A DNA stretch of 64,000 nucleotides from Ginglymostoma cirratum (Eukaryota): NCBI GenBank assembly GCA_024137785.1, contig JAHRHZ010000063.1, forward strand, positions 21,033,573 to 21,097,572. The letters run 5' to 3'. Position 1 is the first letter of the stretch, and every line of letters starts with the position of its first letter. The notes below the pieces were generated by a model. The model was not told the origin of the DNA and made no database searches. It saw nothing but the letters and a program-made list of their open reading frames with translations. Shown here one piece after another: positions 1-13,137 of the stretch. A program made the position numbers and the translations under genes.

Positions 1-210
1 ACAAGCATGGGGCTGGATGAACACAGCAGGTCAAGCAGCATCAAGTTTTCCTGCTCCTGTGATGCTGCTTGATCTGCTGTGTTCATCCAGCCCCATGCTT
101 GTTATCTCGGAACAAAAACAAAGTTGCTGGAGAAGCTCAGCAGGTCTGGCACCATCTGTGAAGGAAAAAACAGAGTTAACGTTTCGGGTCCAGCGACCCT
201 TCCTCAGAAC
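1..210. mobile_element. Two adjacent Penelope-derived terminal fragments: a palindromic piece (1-105) and a hammerhead-bearing piece (110-210)
   Basis: 1-42 is nearly the reverse complement of 61-101. 175-210 on the minus strand reads GTT CTGAGGA A GGGTC-GCTG-GACCC GAAA CG TT AAC. Confidence 0.75.
175..210 (-). ncRNA. Minimal type I hammerhead ribozyme motif (Penelope pLTR-derived), intact core
   Basis: CUGAGGA and GAAA boxes, 5-bp stem II, GUU/AAC stem I, palindromic ACGU in place of stem III, GUU cleavage triplet. Confidence 0.7.
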
Positions 211-330
211 GGGAGGTTGGGGGCGAGTTATTGATTGAACCAAGGCGATATTGACGCGGCTGATATTTTATGTATGCAAGATGGCTCAAAGATAGAGTCT
301 GAAATGATGCAGTATCCCTTTGCTCACCAG

Positions 331-730
331 GTACTGCGGATTAAATGCAAATCGCCAGACCTCGTCGATGGTGGGGTTTATCGTGAGCTGCAAGTGCTCA
401 TTCCATGCACCTATGATGTTCCCTCAGAACCCCCTGGCAGCCCTCGGGGTGGAAAGGATTGGCCGATCTAGCGTGACCTACCGGGCGGCTCTGTTCAAGC
501 CGCGCCGTGGCCGAATCTCGCTGTCCTTGGATTACAACATCCTCTCCGACGGGTGCTACTCAGGCAGCCCGTTACTGGCCGGGTTCGAGATCATAGCCTG
601 CACGACAGCAAGATCCACGCACGTTTTTGTAGATGCAGCCAGCGAGAAGCCGAAGAAGCTGCCCGAACACTTCCGGAAGCAACTCGAAAAGATTCTGATG
701 CAGCCAAGAGCTGTCAATCAAATGCTTTAA
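331..730 (+). CDS. THEM7: Terminal coding exon of a hotdog-fold acyl-CoA thioesterase (4HBT/YbgC-like), probable THEM7 orthologue; upstream exons lie outside the window
   Basis: Acceptor cccttTGCTCACCAG at 329-330 is followed by an open frame to TAA at 728-730. The translation VGFIVSCKCSFHAPMMFPQNPLAALGVERIGRSSVTYRAALF...STHVFVDAASEKPKKLPEHFRKQLEKIL matches the C-terminal half of 4HBT-type thioesterases. The symbol comes from recalled synteny (mouse Them7 lies tail-to-tail with Rcn1), not from a search. Confidence 0.72.
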
Positions 731-1944
731 AAAGCATTTCTCTTGCAAGGTAAATTTTGCGTCTGCTCACGCCTGCCAAGTTGGAAAGTTACCCGAGAAA
801 TCTCTCCAGTTTAGTACCCATTGATGGTTCTTTATGCAATCACAACCTCTTGGCAGCTTTGGCTGGAGTCGAGGACCTCGTCCCCAGCTCAGAGCCAAAT
901 TTACCTTTAAGAGCAAATTAAAGCCTCAGCAAAGGAGCAGCTGTAGAATTGGGTTTTGTGAGAAATTAGTTCTGCCAATATTCGTCTGCCGTTTAATAAT
1001 TTTCCGGCGCCTCTGCAAACCTGATCTGAATATAATGTACTATTTCCTTTCAACCAGTTATATAGATTCCTGAATACTTTCTAAAAATGTCAAAAAGTGT
1101 ACCAGATTACTGTCATTAAACATTACATAAAATTTTACAGCTCTGGAGTGTGTCGTTCAGTCAATTCCCAGTGTTTCTGCTCCTTAGAAGATTCCAATTA
1201 CTTTATCTGCCCCTCTCAATATATCCTTACACTCCTTGATCCCTCATATGTGTACCTAGATTTTGCTCAAGGCATCTCAACAGATAGTTTAGCCCATTTC
1301 ACATTAAAGGCACCTGGTGCCTATCCGATAGCTGATGTTACCAGTGATCTTTAATTGACATGAGAAATTTTGCAATCATGATTGTTTTTGACATCCAAGC
1401 TGTGGTCCATTTTCACAATGCGATCTCTTTTCCATTGGGTTCATCAAATACAAATTGCACGATCACTTTGTTGAGCACCTCTGCTCAGTCCACAATGCGG
1501 ACCTCGAGTTTCCGGTTGTCTGTCATACTAATTATCCCCTGTTCCACCCCATGCTAGCCATCTTACATTGGCTCCCAAACCAGCAATTCCTGTATTTTAA
1601 AATGTTAATGTTTATTTTCAACTGTCTCCATGGCCTCTCCTCTCCCTTTGCTGGTAACCCTTTCCATCCCTACAACTCTGCATTTCTCCAACTCTGGCTT
1701 CTTTTTCCCAGTTTGGATCACTCCATCTGTGGCGAACACACATTCAGCTGCTCAGCCTCACACTCTGGAATTCCCACCTTCAACCTTTTCTCACTCTATC
1801 TGTCTTCTTTAAAATGCTCATTAAAATCTATCTCTTTGAAGTGCATTGATCAATGAAGTCAGTAGGCAAGTGGGAGAAGCATGCAGGAAAGCCTGCAAGA
1901 CTGCTAAGTATTGAATATGTTAATATGAAATGTGTATAAAGTGA

Positions 1945-2360
1945 AAAGATTTACAAAAGGGAAATCATGCTTGGCAAATCTACAGGAATTCTTCAAGCAC
2001 GTAGCTCATAGAGTTAATAAGGGAGAGCAAATGAGTGTGGTTTATTTGGACTTTGAGAAGGCTTTTAACAGTGTCCCCCATAAGAGATTAATGTGTAAAA
2101 TAAAAGTTCATGGGGCAGGGGCACTTTATTGGGATGGACAGAAAGTTGGTTCGCAGACAGGAAACAAAAAATAAATGTGTCTTTTTTTGAATGGCAGCAG
2201 TGACTAGTGGGATACCACAAGTATTGGCACTAGGTCCACAGCTATTCACAGTATATGTTAATAATTTAGACGAGGGAACTAAATGCAATATCACGAAATT
2301 TGCAGATGACATAAAACTGGGTGGAAAGGTGAAATTTGAGGAGGATGCAGAGATGTTTCG
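1945..2360 (+). mobile_element. CR1 LINE reverse-transcriptase fragment (degenerate)
   Basis: FTKGKSCLANLQEFF, VVYLDFEKAFNSVPHKRL, VTSGIPQ, ITKFADDIKLGG; frameshifted. Confidence 0.9.
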
Positions 2361-3999
2361 GTTTCTTTCTATTTAAGATATCAAAGACCTCAATTTTGAA
2401 CACCTCTATGAAATCTCCTCTTAAATTGTATTACTTTGTTGTGAAGAGAATAATCTTGATTTGTCTAGCATCTACACATGACTAAATTTTCTGTCTCTGC
2501 ATTTATTGTCTGTCTTCATTCTCTTTCGCGTTCCCTATATGCCTGCAATTTTGACTTCTTTACCCAATTCTCTTTTGAATGTGACTATCGAATGTATTTC
2601 CACCACCCTGTCAAACTGTGAATATTTTCTAAATCCTAATCACTCGTGCAAGAATGATGTTCTCTATGATGTTACTGGTTGTTTTGCCAATTACTTTAAA
2701 TTTGTGACCTCTTGTTATCAACCATTAGCAACTGCTTCTTCTTATTTAGTCTAGCCAAGCTCTTCATAATTTAAACACTACAAAAGTGAACAACCCCAAC
2801 TTTACAAGTCCCTCCACATAACTACAATCTCCTATCCCTATAACTGTTCTACTGAAGCTCTTCTGCGCCCTCTCTATATGCTTCACATCCTTCCTAAACT
2901 TTGATGCCCAAATTTAGACACATCCTGATAATTCTTTCATTTTTCTTCTTATTCTCCCTCTTTCCTCATACATTTGAAAAAGGGGTCAATTCTCCCCTTC
3001 ATGTTGAGAGTCGTCGGTCAAGATGATTGCTGATTTAATTGTAATTGTAAACACTTTTCATTACTAAATGATAAATATTTGGCTTTTAATTTACTAATGC
3101 ACTAATTGGAAAATAGTTTCATTTTAACTTTAAATGCCTTTTCAAACTGAACAATAAATATTTACCTGATACTGTGTACGCTTATTGTAATAGCTAAATA
3201 GTATTGTAAAGTTATAAATGTATAATTCATCTAAATTTTCCTGATATCCACCAATAAAATACTTCAACAATTTTCTGACAATGAATAAGATTTCAGTGAT
3301 TTTTTTAAGTCTGGGAGGACATATTGGAATGTCACAGGCAATTTTCCTATTCATGCTTGAAACAAAACCACAGTAGATAAATCTATCATTTATGATTAAA
3401 CTTCGTTGGGCAGAATGACAAGCAATATACAGGATTACAAAATCTCATGGGAATTTGACATTGAAAGTTGAGGTTAGTATTTATTGGTGAGAAACATTAA
3501 CAATTTTCATAATTGGGAGATTTCAACCCAATGATACATGGAGTTACAGTATTAATAAAGGCCCCACAGTCAAGATGGGAACAATGATCCCATAAGTTTT
3601 TTCTTTGCTGTTGCCTATGGATTACACAAGTTATACAATTGAAAACCACATATTCAATAGCTTTGCTGATTCCTGACACCAAACTGAATTGCAGGCTCTG
3701 GCTCAGCAGTTAGTTATGCCCAGGTGCCCCTAATCTAACAGTTGAAGAGTGTCTAGCTTCAGGGCTCTGGGAATGTCAACTCTGTCATCATAGACCAAAT
3801 GGCCATTTAGGAGATTGAGATAGCAATGCTATTCAATGTACAATTTCAGAAAACAATGACTAGAGACATAGGCTTTCTATCCTTTAACACAGAGCTGCCG
3901 TATATTTGGTATATTTGGTCTGTTTGGGCTCATCTAATTTCATCTTTCTGGGTTGATGCTTGTGGGAACTTAGGAATCAAGGAAGCATAGGATTCCACA

Positions 4000-6900
4000 T
4001 CCTCAATAAATATATATTTTTTGGGAGCTTCCCCATGGGAATACAGGACAATACATTCATAGTGGTTTGCTCTTTTCTTTGGACATACTCCATGGTAGCA
4101 TCAAACCTCATGTTCTCAGCTAAGCCTCTGTATTGTGGGTAGTATCTTTGCCAATTCTTTAGTATTGAGCAGGGTAACCAATGGTTTATTGTCTATGTGA
4201 ATAATGACCTTGAATTTCAAGAATAATCAGAAAATCATTTTCAGGCCCAGGTAACCATCAGGGCCTCTTTTTCAATGACAACCTACAACTGTATCGGTCA
4301 GTGCAGTGGAGGCATAATGTACCAGGCTGCAAGACAGTCAAGCTACATTTGGAGCAATATGGCCTCAAGTTCAAAGGACGATTCAAAAACTGCAACTATG
4401 TTAAGTGAGTTTGGGCTGTAGTGGGACAATTTTTCCATTGAGGTGAACAATTTGATTCTGTGAATCCTGTCTCTTGATGCTCATCTCAGTAGCAGTTAGT
4501 TGTCATTAATGGATTGTTAATCTGTGCTAAATTGGGCAGGAACTTCCTTGATTGACCTTACCCTTGAAGTGTCGGAAGTTTGTAAGGTTAAGGGGTGGTG
4601 GGGAGCCCTTGTTGATTGTGGATTGCTGGGGTTCAGCTGTGACATCAGATGCATTATAAACATGGCCTAAAAAGTTGATAATGGGTTTAGAGAACTGACT
4701 TTTATAGTTAAGTGCAGGTCTGTGACCTGCAAGAATTGAAATTCTGCTTTGACCTTGGCATCATGCTTCAAAGTGTCAGATCCGTGAATGAGGATGTGAT
4801 TCATATGACAGCTGATCCCTTTGAGCTCTTCCAAAATACTGGTTATGGAATGTTGAAAAATCTCAGGTGCCAAGGCAAATCCCAAATTGTAGCCGATTGA
4901 AGAAATACCATCCAAGAGGCATGATAAATGCCATTAGTAATTTGGCTCCTCATCTAACTGGCTGCTAGAAGCTGCTGTACACATCCAGCTTAGTAAAAAT
5001 CGAAATTTGTGCAAATAAACACAGAGCTTTCTGTAGAAACTCATCAGGTGGGGCAACAACTGTGGAAGGAGAAACTGCATTAACTTTTTCAAGTCCAATA
5101 TAACTTCTTCAGAACAATCATGCCGCACTTGAAATGTTAACTCTGTTTCTTTCTCGGCAGAGTTTCTCTAGCATTCTGTGTTTGTCTCAGATTTCCAGCA
5201 TCTGTGGTATTTTGCTTTTACTTGAGCTTGGGCTAAGGCTGTCATCCACACATGCCATGGGTTAGAGTCATAGAGTCATAGAGTCATAGATTTGTATAGT
5301 ATGGAAACAGACCATTCGGTCCAATTTGTCCATGCTGACTAGATGTCCTGAATTAACCTAGTCCCATTTGCCAGCATTTGGCCCATATCCCACCAAACCA
5401 TTCCTGTTCATATACCCATCTAGATGGATTTTAAATGTTGTAATTGTACCAGCATCCACCACTTCCTCTGGAAGTGTAATCCATCACATGCATCACCGTC
5501 TGCGTGAAAAAGTTGCCCCTTACGCCCCTTTTAAATCTTTCCCCACTCATTTTAAACCTATTCCCTCTAGATTTGGACTCCTCCACCCTGGCAAAAAGGC
5601 ATTGGCTATTCACTCTATACTTGCACCCCCCCCCCCAATGATTTTATAAACCTCTATAAGGTCTCCCTTCGGCCTCCAAAGCTCCAAAGAAAATAACACC
5701 AGCCTATTCAAGCTCTCCCTATAGCTCAAAATTCCCTCAACCCAGCCACATCCCTTGTAAACTTTTTCTGAACACTTTCAAGTTTAACAACATCTTTCCT
5801 ATGGCAGGAAGACCAGAACTGAATGCAGTATTCCAAAAGTGGCCTAACTAATGTCCTGTATGGCTGCAACATGACATCCCAACTCCTATTCTCAATGATT
5901 TGATTTATTGTGGTCACGTGTGCCTAAGTACATGTAAAGGCTTTGTTTGCGAGCAGTATAGGCAGATCATAGTAAGCAAGGACATACAGAACATTGGGTG
6001 CTTAGACAGAATGTGGCACACAGGTTACACTGTGCAAAGCAAGATCAACATTAACAAGACTGACCACTGAAGGCAAGCATGCCAAATGCCTTCTTCGCTA
6101 TCCTGTTCACCTGCGACTCCACTTTCAAGGAACTATGAACCTGCACTCCAAGGTGTATTGGATCAGCAATACTCCCCAAGACCCTACCATTTAGTGCATA
6201 CATCCTGCCCTGATTTGCCTTACCAAAATGCCGGGCCTCGCTTTTCAGAGCATTATTCAACTGCATGAGCACCACATAGATGCAAGTTGAGTCATTGGGC
6301 TTGGGTACAGAGACCATCCTGTAGTAAGTGCGTTATATCACCAGTGCTATTATCCCTCGGTATAGCATGATTTCAATTTATGATCTCTCCATTTTAAATA
6401 ATAGGTGCAGAACCTTTCTTGAATTAAAAAACAAGAATGGTTTGGCATCTGGCCTTTGCCTAATATAGTAAGCCATTTGCAGTTTCTCCATACTTGTGAT
6501 TAATTTTGGAAATTATAACTCAAATTTTTCCACTTTATTCTGACAGCTTAGCTCCTCCACCTTGTTGATAAATTACAAATCCAACCAGCTGACTAGCTCA
6601 ATAAGGACACTCCTGAATTTGAATAACATAGAGTTTCTCTAATTTATTTTCCCTTACATTGAAACATATCCATCAACTGTCCATTCATGTTCAACTGAAT
6701 ACACTTGGACCACAAGGTCATATAGCTGATAGCTAGTGAGAATCAGGCTTCACTCACTGTACTCTCAGAAAGGACCTACACTCTAATTTAAAATTGTTCA
6801 GTGACTGTTGACCCTAATGTCAGCATTCCAAATTCCTCCTGAATTTGGGACCTAACCCAAGAAAGTCACTTCACATTCACCTGTATCTTCTATTTCTTAG

Positions 6901-8060
6901 GTACTATTTGATCTAACTAGTCTCCCTTTTTGTTTCTATTGGAATTGAAAGTTTTCTGCAGCAGCACACTGTTTTACAATGCCCTGTACTCTTTGCACAG
7001 CTGCTGTCTGCATTAAAGGCTGTACAGGCTTGGTATTAATGAGGCTTTCTCTCCCCACCAACATGGACATGAAGCAATGTGGTTACTGCGTCCTCTGGCT
7101 GTTCAGTCTGAATTGTTGTAGGTGCTTTGGGGGCTCCCTATTCCTCTGCTTAGCTGATGTGGTATTTCTCCAGATGACCACACCTGATAACTTTGTGGTA
7201 TTTTATCTCGCTACCAGTATGTGGTAGGGGGTAAGGGCAGTTTGAAGATGGTTCATTATCATCAAATCTCTGTGGTCTTTAAGGAACAAGAACGGAAGTT
7301 CTTGGAAAAGCTCAGCAGGTTTGGCAGCATCTGTGAAGAAAAATCAGACTTAATGTTTCATGTCCAGTGACCCTTCTTCAGACCCTTCCTCATCATCTCC
7401 ACCCACACGTGTCTGCGATGTTAGTACAATGTATGGAGCCAATTTAATATGAACCTTCAGAACCATTAGCTTATACAATAGCAGTTTATTGAGATTTTCA
7501 GCAAAGGAATTAAATTTACTGCAAAGCCTTGGGTGTCCATCCCAAATTTTCCCCTGATTCATCAGTTTCCCTCTTAATCCTGAAGAGTCAAAGGCTTTAA
7601 TGACCTCTTTATAGTTAGTGGTGTCTTGATCAATGCTTAATCTTCTTAAAATATTGTTGGCCCGACCATCAATTGTATACAGGAGCACAATGGCCCAAAC
7701 TTTATTTGGCTTCTAAGAAAGTCTGGAGACAATCATAACCTGATCGAATCAGTGATATGCTTCTCCAGCAGATAGTGTGGTTGATGCCTTCCCCAAGGTC
7801 TAAGGTTTGAACGTTGATGAGTCTTTTCCTGTTGTTTTGTGAATTTCTAGTGAACTGTCATAGAGCTCCAGCAACAGAATTGCTCTAAGAGCACTGGAGC
7901 TTTTTCTCTGCTGCATTGTGCCACTGAAGGCTTTTTACTTTCCTTTCTTCATCAACATCGGCTGGGATCCTTTATAAACAGCTTTCAGACTGCACTGTTC
8001 CAGAGACAAATATCATAACCGGATCGAGGATACCTTAGACAGATGAGGGCTGGCACCACA
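4000..8060 (-). mobile_element. Decayed Ty3/Gypsy LTR retrotransposon (gag-pol remnants) with nested insertions
   Basis: RT remnants GFALAPEIFQHSITSILEELKGISCHMNHILIHG (4667-4915) and VSVPKPNDSTCIYV (about 6270-6317); gag-like LLYTIDGRANNIL...YKEVIKAFD (7590-7688). Boundaries are uncertain. Confidence 0.65.
5264..6232 (-). mobile_element. CR1 LINE 3' portion, itself interrupted by a Rex1/Babar-like 3' tail at about 5897-6055
   Basis: YRTLVRPLLEYCIQFWS and the (agagtcat)n tail at 5264-5290. The interrupting piece resembles the reverse complement of the tail at 57500-57590. Confidence 0.85.
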
Positions 8061-9384
8061 CTGATGTAAAAACAGAAAGCGTTACAGAAACTCAGCAAGT
8101 CTGACATGGTATGGGGAAAGAAAAGCAGAGTTAATGTTTCAAGTCCAGTGGCCCTTCATAATAACTGGAGTCAAACTGATAAACATTTATTCATGTAAAC
8201 ACTTATGTACAGAGGCAATGGTTAAGCCGAACTTCAATAGAACCTTCCTTCATCAGGTCCCAGTCCAATGTGAGATGATGTCATCTGACATCATTGAAGG
8301 TGCAGTCTGGCTATTAGCATATCATTAGTGATCCTAAATTCCACACACACCAGTAACTCGTCCAATATAAAAAGATCCTTTCACTGAGACAGGTTAACAA
8401 GAACAGTGCACCCCACTTTCTGAAGATCTTCTACCCAATTCTATTCTCAACCTTTCACCTACCAACTTCCCTCATCATCCTTGATCAATTTAGTGCTAGC
8501 ATACCACTCCCCTCTGTTACCTTTAAGATTGCCCTGTTACCCTTGACCCCATTATAAAAACTACTCACAAGTCTGCCGTTCCCTGTCACAATCCCCAGGG
8601 CCACCCTGACTCCTTCTGTTATCCATTTGCGCCACAACATTTTATGCTACAACCCCTTCCCAATTCACAAAACCATCCACACTACCCAACTGTGACTCTT
8701 GACATTCCCAATCTATCACATTCATTTCCGACACATTCACTGTCATTGTTCCTATTGCTGCCTAGTGCCTTCAGTCTAACCATCCAGACTCTATCTTAGA
8801 CAATAATGTCCTTGAGGTTTAGGTCCCTCTCTCGACCACCAACCCTGCCTAAAAACCTGTTCCCCTATCCATCTGAAGAAGCACTTCATACATGATGAGA
8901 TTACTCTAATGCACCATACATCCTTCCATCCTTCTCCAGATGTCTCCTTTGCCCAGGATAGGGTGGACAGTTGCCTCCTTGGCTCTCACATGACCTTGAC
9001 CCCCTGTCCAACCTCTCGTCAGGCATCCTCTTTCCCTATATACCTTTTCTCCCTTTTCTTGACATGTAGCCTCCCTTGGCTAGATCCATGCCCCAGCCAG
9101 GCTGCCTACCTGCCCCTACCCAATCTCAATTAATGTCTGAACAACAATCACCAAACAAAGCAACAGCTCAAACCTAAATAAACAGACTGTCTCACTTGGT
9201 ACACTTCACACAGAAAATCAGGAATTGGAAAACACGTATTACTTGCCTGTGTGTAACCTAATTAAGAAAGGTAAATTCATTCTAGCATGATAACCTTTTA
9301 ATGAGAATGCATTATGTGCAGATGCATGTGAAGGGGGCTTTCTTGCACTTTCCATTGAGAAGTTTGACTCACCTTTAAAGGTAA

Positions 9385-10420
9385 ATATAGAAAAAGAAAA
9401 ATATGAACAGGAGTAGGCCATTTGGCCCATTGAACCTGCTCTGACATTCAATGTAATCATAGCTGATCATCCAACTCAGTACCCTCCCATACACTTTGAT
9501 CCCTTTAGTCCTCAGTCCATTTAGTTGAAAGAGCTATATCTAAGTCCTTCTTGAAAACATTCAATGTTTTGGCCTCAATTGCATTCAATGGCAGAGAATT
9601 CCACAGGTTCACCACTCTCTGGGTGAGAGAATCATGCTGCAGGTTAGACAATTTCATCCCATAGTTGGGAAGTTGATGTTTGGTTTCACGCACGATTAAG
9701 TTCTCACATCTACCATTCTCCCCACTGCTGCCAGCAACATAAAGACCTTGCCCTCCTGCCCATTTGTTTTGTGTGGTAGAAACACTGTGTGGTGAGATTT
9801 CTAGTCCAATTCCAGTGCAATGGCCTAAGATAATGTTCAACCAGAATTGGCATCTCTATTTCAGTTGGGTCTTAAGACCATAACAAATAGGAACAGGAGT
9901 AGGCCATTTGACTCCTTGAGCCTGCTCTGCCTTTCAGTAGGATTGTGGCTGATTTACACTTCTCTTGTACACTTTCCTGCCCCTTCCCCATAAACCTTGA
10001 TCCACCTACTAATCAAAAATCCACCTATTTCAGCCTTAAATATAAACAAGGACTCTGCCCCTCTGGCTGTCTGTGGCAAGGAGTTCCAAAGACTCACAAC
10101 CCTCTGAGAAGAAAAAAATCCTCCTCATTTCAGTCTTAAATTGGCACCACCTAATTCTGAAACTATGCTTTTTGGTTCTTGACTCTCCCACGAAAAGAAA
10201 CACCCTCTTAGTATTTATCCTGTCAAATCCCTTAAGAATCCTACACATTTTAATGAGATCACCTCTCATTCTTCTAAATTCCAATGAGTAGAATTCCAAC
10301 CGTTTAACTTTTGCTCATAAGACATTCCCTCCATAATGAGAATCATCCTGGTGTATCTTCTCTGAACTGCTTCCAATGAAATAATATATTTTCTTAAGTA
10401 AGGGGACCAAAACTGCCTGG
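9385..10420 (-). mobile_element. Two CR1 3'-end fragments (about 9385-9630 and 9875-10420)
   Basis: TQRVVNLWNSLP; YSLEFRRMRGDLIKMCRILKGFDR. Confidence 0.85.
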
Positions 10421-11725
10421 GTTGCTGCCTTGGGGGGATTGCTGACCCTTGACTAAGTAACCAGCTGTCAGTTTTTATAGAGTTTCCTCAAACAGTAGGC
10501 CCTGCTGTTCTGTGTAATGACAAGTGTGGCAGGCTGGCAGCTCATCTTGTTTGCCATGATATTGTATCACTCAACTTACAGCAATTTTCTTGAACCCAAT
10601 GAGTCACAAAATCCTGAATTTTATTGTTACCCAATGAGATTTGCAACCTCATATTTCATTGATGTACAAGAGCACAGAGCACAGAGTGATGTAATGAGAC
10701 ATTTAATTCAATGTCACAAATGCTCAGTATTTTACGATGCTGTACTCTTTAAAAGGAAAATCATTGAATAATGCCTTTTATTAATTAAATATTTTCCATA
10801 AAATTTTCAAATGAGGAGTTTCAGCCACCTACATGGCAACCTGGCTCGGTAACCCGTACAAGACAACTGGTGACCATCTATTAGTAGGTTGACATAAGCT
10901 CATTAAAGTACCAATCATCAGCCTTAATAATCATCAACTCATCATTGTAGCCATAATGGTGTTTAATTTTATTTAAAGACAATGAATTTCAGAAACGTTA
11001 TATCTAAGTGGTTTATTTTAATGAAGGATGTAAATGGTAATAGCTCCACTGACAGTATCTTTGAAAGCTACTTACTGAAAAACATTTTGGTTTGCGCCAG
11101 TCTATAAATATTATTTATACTATACATTTGAAATGTTAAGGTAGCAGTTAGGACAAAAAAAACCCAAATTTGCAAATGTTTGGTACTGCATAAAACCATG
11201 AAAACTGTATTATTGATGATGGCTATTTGATCATTGTAATAGTGCTAGCTCTTCAATTTAACTATCCACCCTCATTCTCTGCCTTTCTCTCTATCCTTTT
11301 AAACTATCTTTTCAGATACTTCCCTTTTATGTGATGCTACTATCTCCATCCCTGTAGTTACTTATAAAGCACCCCATGTCTAAAAACCCACTGGGGGATT
11401 TCTATTTGGCTCACTTGTTATTTTTAGCATGACATCTTCGCCAGCGTTTCAGAAAAGTTTGTGCAATGCTTCAAATCCAGCCTGGCAACTTCGGACCACT
11501 CAAGACAATCATTAAGCCCTTTCACTTGTTTTGCTACATATTGGATAAGCCTAGTGGCAGTCAAAGTTATGTTGTCTGCATCTCAACTTGCGTCAAGTTC
11601 TGTTCACCCATCATCCCTATGTTTGCTGGCCTACTTTGGCCCCCAGCCAACATTTGGGTTTTAAAACATAACACTGTATTTAAAGTGCTCCATGGCTTCA
11701 CCCCTCCCTACCACTATAAGCCCTT

Positions 11726-13137
11726 GCGAAGATTTGTAGCTCGGGTTGTGGATGAGATTGTTGCCTTGCTTGCTGAGCTGGCTGGTTATCACATAGACGT
11801 TTCATCAACAACCTAGGTAACATCATCAGTGTGGCCTCCGATGAAGCGACGTTGTTCTGTTCTGCTTGGAGTATATATGATCTGGTCTGTTAGGTTGGGT
11901 TGTGTCATTTCTGGTTCTTTTTTGCATGGGCTTGTATATCAGGTCTAATTCCACATATTTATTGATTGTGTTATGGGTTGAAAACCAGGCCTCGAGGAAT
12001 TCCCATGCATGTCTGTGGTTGGCTTGAGCTAGCATGGTCATGTTGTCCCAGTTAAATTGATGGCCTTCATTGTCCGAGTGCACCGAGATGAGGGAAAGTT
12101 TGTCATGTCATTTTGCTGCTAGCTAGTGTTCATGTATCCTGATGGCTAGTTTCCTTCTGGTCTGGCTAATGTAATGTTTGTTGCAGTCATTGCAAGGTAT
12201 TTTATAAACTATGTTGGTCCTGCATGTCATGGCTATGGGGTTTTTGGTCTTTGTGAGTGTTTATCATCGTGTGGCTGTGGGTTTGTGTGCTACCATGATT
12301 CCTAGTGGTCACAGGAATCTCGTTGTCAGTTCTGATATGCTCTTGGTATCGTGTCGTGTGGCCAGTGTCTTGGGGCATACTGCATTCTCTTAGCATTGTA
12401 TATCTGGTATGCACCTGCGGATGAAGTTGTTGGGGTATCCGTTGTTAGCAAATACCTTGTATAAGTGCTCTTCCTCCTTCTTGCATAGTTCTGGCATGTT
12501 GCAGTGGGCTGTGGCCTGTTTAAATAGTGACCTAACACAGCTTTGTTTGTGAATGTTGGCAAGTGTTTCTCTAGGTTGTGGCATGTTAATGGACGTGAAT
12601 AGTGCTGTGATGTCAAAAGATACCATAATGTCATCATTGCTGATTTGAATGTTCTTGAGCTTGTTAAGGAATTCCTGGGTTAAGCGGATGGAGTGGGGTG
12701 ATTTGTCGACCAGGTGTTTCAGTCTGCTGTTGTAGGTCCTTGGCCAGTTAGTGTGTAGGTGTGCCTAGATAGCAGCAAAATGACTCGACAAATCTTCCCT
12801 CATCTCAGCGCACTCAGACAATGAAGGCCATCAATTTAACTGGGACAATGTGACCATCCTAGCTCAAGCCAACCACAGACACACACGGGAATTCCTAGAA
12901 GCCTGGTTTTCAACGCGTAATGCAATCAACAAACATCTGGAATGAGATCCCATATACAAACTCATTCAAAAAAGAACCAGAAATGACACAATCCAACTTA
13001 ACTGACTGGATCATATAAATTCCAAGCAGAGCAGAACAACATCGCTTCATCAGAGGTAACACTGATGATGTTACCTAGCATGGTGACATAATGTCTGTAC
13101 AATAACCAGCCAGCTTAGCTTCAAGGCAACAACCTCG
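11726..13137 (-). mobile_element. 5'-truncated Penelope-like element with an inverted copy of its 3' end
   Basis: RT motif VSFDITALFTSI and thumb/endonuclease remnants. 11750-12125 is inverted at 12770-13137. Hammerhead motifs lie at about 11793-11832 (-) and 13059-13098 (+). A 12-bp TSD ctataagccctt is at 11714-11725 and 13138-13149. Confidence 0.9.

Noticed and set aside
235-471. 78-aa ORF overlapping the thioesterase exon
   Set aside because: It is an alternative frame with no recognisable motif. The 320-730 frame carries the hotdog-fold signature and fits the acceptor at 330.
719-730. C-terminal QML as a peroxisomal PTS1
   Set aside because: It does not fit the S/A/C-K/R/H-L/M consensus.
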